Below are positions 15,170 through 20,000 of a stretch of DNA of 20,000 bases, one piece after another. Under the pieces are notes generated by a model. It was given only the letters and a program-made list of their open reading frames with translations, was not told the origin of the DNA and did no database searches. Position 1 is the first letter of the stretch, and every line of letters starts with the position of its first letter. The stretch lies in IMG/VR virus record IMGVR_UViG_3300046663_000194. One strand, given 5' to 3'. This DNA is from an uncultured virus (IMG/VR IMGVR_UViG_3300046663_000194). Lineage: Duplodnaviria; Heunggongvirae; Uroviricota; Caudoviricetes. A program made the position numbers and the translations under genes.

Positions 15170-15195
15170 GACGGGCGGCCTTAAGTGATTCGCGG

Positions 15196-15423
15196 CTAAA
15201 TGTCAGTCGGCCAAGCCACGTTTTCCGGCCAATATTTGTGAAACGCCATCTCAAGTTCGTCATACTTGCGCAGCGTGATTGATACTTGTCCCTTTCTAAA
15301 CTTGGGCAGGAAGTCGCGATGTCCGTATAGCTTGGCGCTTGCTTGTCCTAGAGTAAGCCGCGTTGCCTTACAGTAAATTCTGGCAAGGTTTAGTAGGCGC
15401 TCGCGTGCTTCGGCTTCGATCAT
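15196..15423 (-). CDS. Cro-like HTH transcriptional regulator
   Basis: LLNLARIYCKATRLTLGQASAKLYG...FL..FRKG..SITLRKYD...F...WPENVAWP pattern of small phage HTH proteins; first gene of the leftward operon. Confidence 0.7.
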   Translation of the reverse strand: MIEAEARERLLNLARIYCKATRLTLGQASAKLYGHRDFLPKFRKGQVSITLRKYDELEMAFHKYWPENVAWPTDI

Positions 15424-15435
15424 GTGAATTTCTCT

Positions 15436-15480
15436 TTGCGTTCAGCATAAAAAAATACTATAAATTAGATTCGTCGTCAA
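15436..15480. promoter_or_regulatory. Overlapping divergent sigma70-type promoters
   Basis: + strand TTGCGT(15436-41)-N17-TATAAA(15459-64); - strand TTGACG(15480-75)-N17-TATTTT(15457-52), in a 76-bp AT-rich gap. Confidence 0.55.
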
Positions 15481-15499
15481 TCCTACTAGGGGCTGCAAA

Positions 15500-16441
15500 A
15501 TGAAACCTGTACGATGGGATGGCACGCTACCAATAAAACGGCCCGGTATTTATGCCGGGGTGCCGATGTCCGTCTATCACAGCCAGGATATTTGTCCGGG
15601 GCCGAGTATCAGTAGCGGTGGCCTCCGTAGGATGTTCAAGGAATCGCCCGCGCACTTTTTTGCTAAGTGGGATGGCAACCCGAACCGTAAGCCGGAAGAA
15701 ACGCCGCGCCACTTCATCTTAGGACAAGCCCTCCATCATTTGCTGCTAGGCGAGCCGGGGTTCGCCAAGTTCTTTGCTATCCAGCCCGCCGAGTATGAAA
15801 ACAAAAAGGGTGAGGTAAAGCCGTGGAGCAATAACGCTACTGATTGCAAAGAGTGGCACGAGGCGCGCAAGGCGGAAGGCCGCAAGGTTTTGTTAGCGAG
15901 CGAAGTCGAAGACATACGCGGCATGGCTGAGAGCCTTGGCAGGCACCCTATTATCAAAGCCGGTGCGCTAAACGGTCAGATAGAACGCTCGATCATCTGG
16001 CAAGATAAAGAGACGGGCATTTGGCTCAAGTCTCGACCCGATACCATCCCCGGTGATAGCGCCGACTTTGTTGATCTGAAGTCAATCTTCAGCGTGCAAT
16101 ATAATGACGTAGTAAAACGCATGGGGGATTCTTCCTACCAGATGCAGGCGGCGTTAGGGCGGCGCGCAGCGCGCGAAGTTCTCGGCTTACGCGCTATCAC
16201 ATGGTCGTTGGTGTTCGTAGAAAAATCCACGCCCTATTGCGTGCGGGTATTCACGCTAAAGGATAACGACCTTGATCGCGGCGAGAAGCAGATACAGGCG
16301 GCGATTCATGCCTTTGTGCGATGCCTAAAGTCTAAACACTGGCCGGGGCCGGGGGGGGAGAGCCGCGATGCAGAATATATTGAACTAAGTGAGCGTGAGC
16401 AGAAAGCCATAGATGACAAGCTTGCAATGATGGAGAGCTAA
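15500..16441 (+). CDS. RecE/exonuclease VIII-like PD-(D/E)XK nuclease (DUF3799 type)
   Basis: YH...SISSGGL...SPAHF, LGQALHHLLL, ERSIIW...LKSRPD...VDLKS, YQMQAA, FVEKSTPY; adjacent to RecT. Confidence 0.9.
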   Translation: MKPVRWDGTLPIKRPGIYAGVPMSVYHSQDICPGPSISSGGLRRMFKESPAHFFAKWDGNPNRKPEETPRHFILGQALHHLLLGEPGFAKFFAIQPAEYENKKGEVKPWSNNATDCKEWHEARKAEGRKVLLASEVEDIRGMAESLGRHPIIKAGALNGQIERSIIWQDKETGIWLKSRPDTIPGDSADFVDLKSIFSVQYNDVVKRMGDSSYQMQAALGRRAAREVLGLRAITWSLVFVEKSTPYCVRVFTLKDNDLDRGEKQIQAAIHAFVRCLKSKHWPGPGGESRDAEYIELSEREQKAIDDKLAMMES

Positions 16442-16443
16442 CT

Positions 16444-17532
16444 ATGAGCGACCTAGAATATATGCCGAGCAACCAACAACAGAAGCCGATGACCAAGCGA
16501 GACTTGGCAACCTTCGGCATGGAAGCGCTGGATAAGACCCGCGCGGGACAAGTAGCCGTAACGCGCGCCGCTGGCGGCGTTTCGTTTGCTAGCGCGCTTG
16601 AGGTAATGGAGTTCGCAAAGCTAATGGCCGTTGCCGACAAAGCGGTGCCGAGGCATTTACGAAACAATGCCGGTGCCTGTCTGCGTATCGTCTTCCAGGC
16701 AGTCGAGTGGCAGATGTCACCGTGGGCGGTCGCGGACAAAAGCTACGAAGTAAACGACCGCATCGCCTATGAGAGCCAACTAATTCATGCCGTGATCGAA
16801 GCCCGCGCGCCGCTGCGCGAGCGGTTGATATGCGAGTACGCTGGCGAGGGGGCCGAGCGCGAATGTCGAGTAGTCGGCAAATTCCTTGACGGTACGGAGC
16901 GCGATTACACGACGCCGCAAATAGGAAAGATACGGGTCAAGAATAGCCCGCTCTGGAAAGACGACCCGGACCAGCAGCTATTCTATGCGGGCAGTCGTAG
17001 TTGGGCGCGCAAGTGGTGTCCTGATGTTCTGATGGGACTCTATACCAAAGACGAACTAGCACGCGATCCTACCTTGGGCCGTGACGAGTCCGAACTGCCG
17101 GGGCCGGGGCTACATGCGCGGCTCGTTAGCGGCAACGTAGATCGAGAGGAAGGACATAGGGAGGGCTATGTTGAAACAGAACTTGGACCTGAAAAAGATA
17201 ACGCAAGTGTGGATGACGCAGAACCACGGGGTGATGATACTACTGCCCCGGCGACTAGCACTGTTCGCAAGGGCAAGCGTAGCAGAAAAACTAAGCCAGT
17301 CGAAGCTATCGCGCCGTCGCCCTCGCTCAAAGCCGAAGATATAAAGAACGCAAAGCAGTGGGCAATCTATTGCGCGGCATGGCTAAGGGAATCTATCAGC
17401 GCTGACGATATTCGCAAGCGATGGGATGCAGAGCGCAAGCTGCGTAACAACGCTGGCGTTACCGCCGACGAGCGAGTGCCGGTGCAGAACTACATGGTAG
17501 ATCGCTGCAAGGAATTGGGAGAACCCCAATGA
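16444..17532 (+). CDS. recT: RecT-family single-strand annealing protein
   Basis: AVPRHLRNNAGACL...QAVEWQMSPWAVADKSYEVN...AYESQL, SPLWKDDPDQQLFY...WARKWCPDVLMGLYTKDEL. Confidence 0.85.
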   Translation: MSDLEYMPSNQQQKPMTKRDLATFGMEALDKTRAGQVAVTRAAGGVSFASALEVMEFAKLMAVADKAVPRHLRNNAGACLRIVFQAVEWQMSPWAVADKSYEVNDRIAYESQLIHAVIEARAPLRERLICEYAGEGAERECRVVGKFLDGTERDYTTPQIGKIRVKNSPLWKDDPDQQLFYAGSRSWARKWCPDVLMGLYTKDELARDPTLGRDESELPGPGLHARLVSGNVDREEGHREGYVETELGPEKDNASVDDAEPRGDDTTAPATSTVRKGKRSRKTKPVEAIAPSPSLKAEDIKNAKQWAIYCAAWLRESISADDIRKRWDAERKLRNNAGVTADERVPVQNYMVDRCKELGEPQ

Positions 17533-18233
17533 AGAAGGACAGGGCAGAGGAAGCATACGCCGCCATGAAGACAATCGGGCGACCAGTGACCATGCCAGAG
17601 TTGGCGGACCATACCAAAATCCCGATTGGGTCAATCGGCGCAGCCCTCAGACGCTTTGTAAAGCATGGCGTCGCTGCCGAGGTCGGCGTCAAAAAGATGA
17701 CGAATGGACATCTGGCTAAAACGTTCAAGCTGAACGGCACCCTACTACTGTCAGGGCGCAGCGGCAGGCAACTTTCCATCACGCTAGATGATGTCCGCCA
17801 AAACCGGCATCTTAATCGAAGTCAATTAAGAGTGAAATTCAATGCTCGTAATTGGCGGACAGTCGATCTAGCCGTTTGTTTGGTCAGCTTGTTAGAGAAC
17901 CCGTACCTATCAAATGAACAGCGTTCTGTCGTTGCTGAATCAGAGCAACGATTCAAGATAGGCCAAGTTGAAAGGGCGAGGAAGCTGATAGACCCGATCC
18001 GGCGCAAGGCTTGGGGTAATAGCAAACAGTACGGTTCGCCCGAACATCTTGCAAATCGCCGACGTGTTGATCTTGAAAAGCCAATCGACGTTATATGCGT
18101 GGTGGCCGACAGGCTCTCCACCATAGAGGTTCCGCTGCTAGGGGAGGCCGACAGGGTTGCCTTCGCGCATCGGATTAACGACGCCTGTAAGCAGTTGATA
18201 CAACTGCGGCGGCGTATCAATAGAGGAGGATGA
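17529..18233 (+). CDS. Protein with N-terminal winged-helix HTH domain
   Basis: RPVTMPELADHTKIPIGSIGAALRRFVKHGV; ATGA overlap with recT. Confidence 0.65.
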   Translation: MKKDRAEEAYAAMKTIGRPVTMPELADHTKIPIGSIGAALRRFVKHGVAAEVGVKKMTNGHLAKTFKLNGTLLLSGRSGRQLSITLDDVRQNRHLNRSQLRVKFNARNWRTVDLAVCLVSLLENPYLSNEQRSVVAESEQRFKIGQVERARKLIDPIRRKAWGNSKQYGSPEHLANRRRVDLEKPIDVICVVADRLSTIEVPLLGEADRVAFAHRINDACKQLIQLRRRINRGG

Positions 18234-18234
18234 A

Positions 18235-19047
18235 ATGACGACGACTCACTTTCCAGACAAGCAGAAGATCACTTGGATTTCGGTCAAATACATCTCGGTG
18301 ATCTGGCCGAATGCACAGCGACCGTTCCGACCAGAAAAGGCCAAACGGATTGCTGACAATCTCGACCCCGACATGCTAGGGGAGATTCTTGTGACCAAGC
18401 CGAACGGCAAGGGAATCTATCACAACATCGATGGTCAGCACCGCGTTGCCGCCGTCCGCTTGTTGTGGGGACCAGATGAGCAGGTGCCGTGCGTGGTCAA
18501 GGACGCCGAAGCCGTTGACGAGAAGCGCGCCGCAAAACTATTCGACGGCATCAACAGCACGCAGTCGCGCACACCGCCGAACCAGCTTGAGACTTTCAGG
18601 GTACGGCTAACGGCTGAAGAAGCAGATGAGGTCGAGGTAGACAGGATCGTGCGCTTTTACGGCTTCCGCGTCGGCTACAGTGACAAGAGTGGTCGCAATA
18701 TCAGTGCCTGCGGCACGCTGTTGAGCATTTTGCGTCGGTATAACGCGGACATTCTGAAGGCTACGCTAGTCACTGTTAGGACGACTTGGGGCTTCGATCC
18801 AGCGGCGGTGAACGGCACTATGCTAGCAGGTTACGCAATGTTCTTGCGGGAGTTCGGACACCGTTGCGATCATAAGCGGCTAATCAGGGTCATGGAGAAG
18901 AAATATACTCCTGGCCGTCTGCTCGCCGCCATCAAGGCAATGAAGGAATCCAACTTCGCACCCAACGGACCCGCCGCCTTAGTAGACATCATCCTGATGA
19001 ACTATAATCAGCGTTTGGCCGCTGATGCGGTCTTGAAGCGCAAGTGA
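18235..19047 (+). CDS. ParB-like N-terminal / DGQHR-motif protein (DUF6551-like)
   Basis: AQRPF, IADNLDPDMLGEILV, NIDGQHRVAA, VPCVV, AAKLFDGIN; SD GAGGAGG. Confidence 0.8.
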   Translation: MTTTHFPDKQKITWISVKYISVIWPNAQRPFRPEKAKRIADNLDPDMLGEILVTKPNGKGIYHNIDGQHRVAAVRLLWGPDEQVPCVVKDAEAVDEKRAAKLFDGINSTQSRTPPNQLETFRVRLTAEEADEVEVDRIVRFYGFRVGYSDKSGRNISACGTLLSILRRYNADILKATLVTVRTTWGFDPAAVNGTMLAGYAMFLREFGHRCDHKRLIRVMEKKYTPGRLLAAIKAMKESNFAPNGPAALVDIILMNYNQRLAADAVLKRK

Positions 19048-19559
19048 AACTCCCTCGACCATACATACCGCTCCGCGTCCGAGTTGTGGTCGCGGAGCGG
19101 AAAGCTACGGCGGCAGGGGTTTATCCCCGCGCCAGTATTTCAACGTGGCCCTACGGGGCGCAGCTACGAGAACTACTTTATGTTCTATTTGGTGATGAAA
19201 AAGTTGAACTGCACCACCGGCCTGCACTCTGCAATCGGCAGCGATCAGCCACGGTGAAGGGAATCGTTTATGATCCGCCAGCAAACGATCCTGATTATCT
19301 AGTCTATCTGCCCGCCGATGAACACGACATCGAAACTCGCGTGCGCGGACAGCACGGACAGCACAGCGACCTAGCTCTAGCGCGGAAGCGCAAACGGGCT
19401 GAGAAAAAAGCAAACAAACAACGAATTAAGGCAGTCGGTTATTTTCTCGCATGGAAGCGACGGCAGCAGCAAAAAGCAAAGCGCTTGAAAACTCATTGGC
19501 CTAAACGTAAATTGCGCTCTGCAAACAGATGGCCGAAGAAAAAGCTAAGAGGAGATTGA
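19044..19559 (+). CDS. HNH-like nuclease-related phage protein with basic C-terminus
   Basis: ELHHRPAL...YDPPANDPDYLVYL...EHDIET resembles a divergent HNH motif; GTGA overlap. Confidence 0.55.
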   Translation: MKLPRPYIPLRVRVVVAERKATAAGVYPRASISTWPYGAQLRELLYVLFGDEKVELHHRPALCNRQRSATVKGIVYDPPANDPDYLVYLPADEHDIETRVRGQHGQHSDLALARKRKRAEKKANKQRIKAVGYFLAWKRRQQQKAKRLKTHWPKRKLRSANRWPKKKLRGD

Positions 19560-19563
19560 CGCG

Positions 19564-19845
19564 ATGCTTTACAAGCCGACCTGGAATAAGACTCCGAGTT
19601 GCGCCGGTTTAATTGCTTGGCTCGAAACGCAAGACCCGGAGCGCACCTATGATTGGCTCGCCATGAAAGGGTGTCTGATCTGCGCCTATTATGACGCTCT
19701 TGGGATCAATGATTTTAGCGACGTTAATCGACCCATGTACAAGGAGACATTTAGTTTGGCGGAACAATACTATGAGGTTTGCATGACAAAACCTTGGACT
19801 TTCGGCGCGGCGCTGGCTCGCGCTCGTTTGTTGAGGGGAGATTAA
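19564..19845 (+). CDS. Hypothetical phage protein (93 aa)
   Basis: SD GAGGAG; LIAWLETQDPERTYDW...CLICAY...PWTFGAALARAR. Confidence 0.75.
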   Translation: MLYKPTWNKTPSCAGLIAWLETQDPERTYDWLAMKGCLICAYYDALGINDFSDVNRPMYKETFSLAEQYYEVCMTKPWTFGAALARARLLRGD

Positions 19846-19847
19846 CG

Positions 19848-20000
19848 ATGCCCGATCTTTTTGAGCATCGCCAAGAGCGCCTAAAGGCGGCTGTCCGTGC
19901 GGCGTGTTGCGAGGCGTGCGACTGGCCTGACTGCGGCTGTGAGACAACCGCCAATATTGTCCGCAAGGCTATCGTAGCTTGGGACGATTTTGGCACCGAT
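19848..20000 (+). CDS. Cys-rich small protein, partial (runs off window)
   Basis: MPDLFEHRQERLKAAVRAACCEACDWPDCGCETTANIV...; SD GAGGGGAG; open to the window end. Confidence 0.65.
   Translation, partial: MPDLFEHRQERLKAAVRAACCEACDWPDCGCETTANIVRKAIVAWDDFGTD

Larger units (their letters stand above)
1..20000. mobile_element. Bacteriophage/prophage early, replication and recombination region (likely alphaproteobacterial host)
   Basis: Dense phage-type gene content (RecE/RecT, RusA, YdaU-like replication protein, Cro-like HTH, orphan MTase, many small ORFs with strong SD sites) and no host housekeeping genes. Host assignment is inference. Confidence 0.9.

Noticed and set aside
15002..15184. + strand 60-aa ORF
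   Set aside because: Antisense to a better minus-strand 56-aa ORF (15169-14999) that overlaps the rusA start.
1..20000. Stop-codon reassignment (alternative genetic code)
   Set aside because: Standard code 11 gives full-length, densely packed genes ending in TAA, TAG and TGA.

Overview
This window looks like 20 kb of a tailed dsDNA phage or prophage, probably infecting an alphaproteobacterium (inferred from gene families). No structural, lysis, integrase or CI-repressor gene is visible. It has four transcription blocks. (1) A leftward block (<1-1513) contains a FemAB-like GNAT transferase that the ORF track missed because it runs off the window edge. (2) A rightward early-type operon (1632-8634) has a ~200-nt structured non-coding leader, a DUF3150-like / MoxR-type AAA+ / metallopeptidase-VWA trio and many small ORFs, separated by two families of repeated hairpin + RBS elements and closed by an intrinsic terminator. 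(3) A leftward operon (15423-8706) runs Cro-like HTH, RusA, adenine MTase, YdaU/DUF1376 replication protein with a GANTC-rich candidate origin, small ORFs (one weakly bS21-like), then a ParB - cupin - PAPS-reductase-like (IbrA/YbdN) - ParB (IbrB/YbdM) cassette that may be a DNA modification system. (4) A rightward recombination operon (15500->20000) has RecE-like, RecT, HTH, DGQHR ParB-like and HNH-like genes. All family calls come from motif recognition by eye, not database searches.
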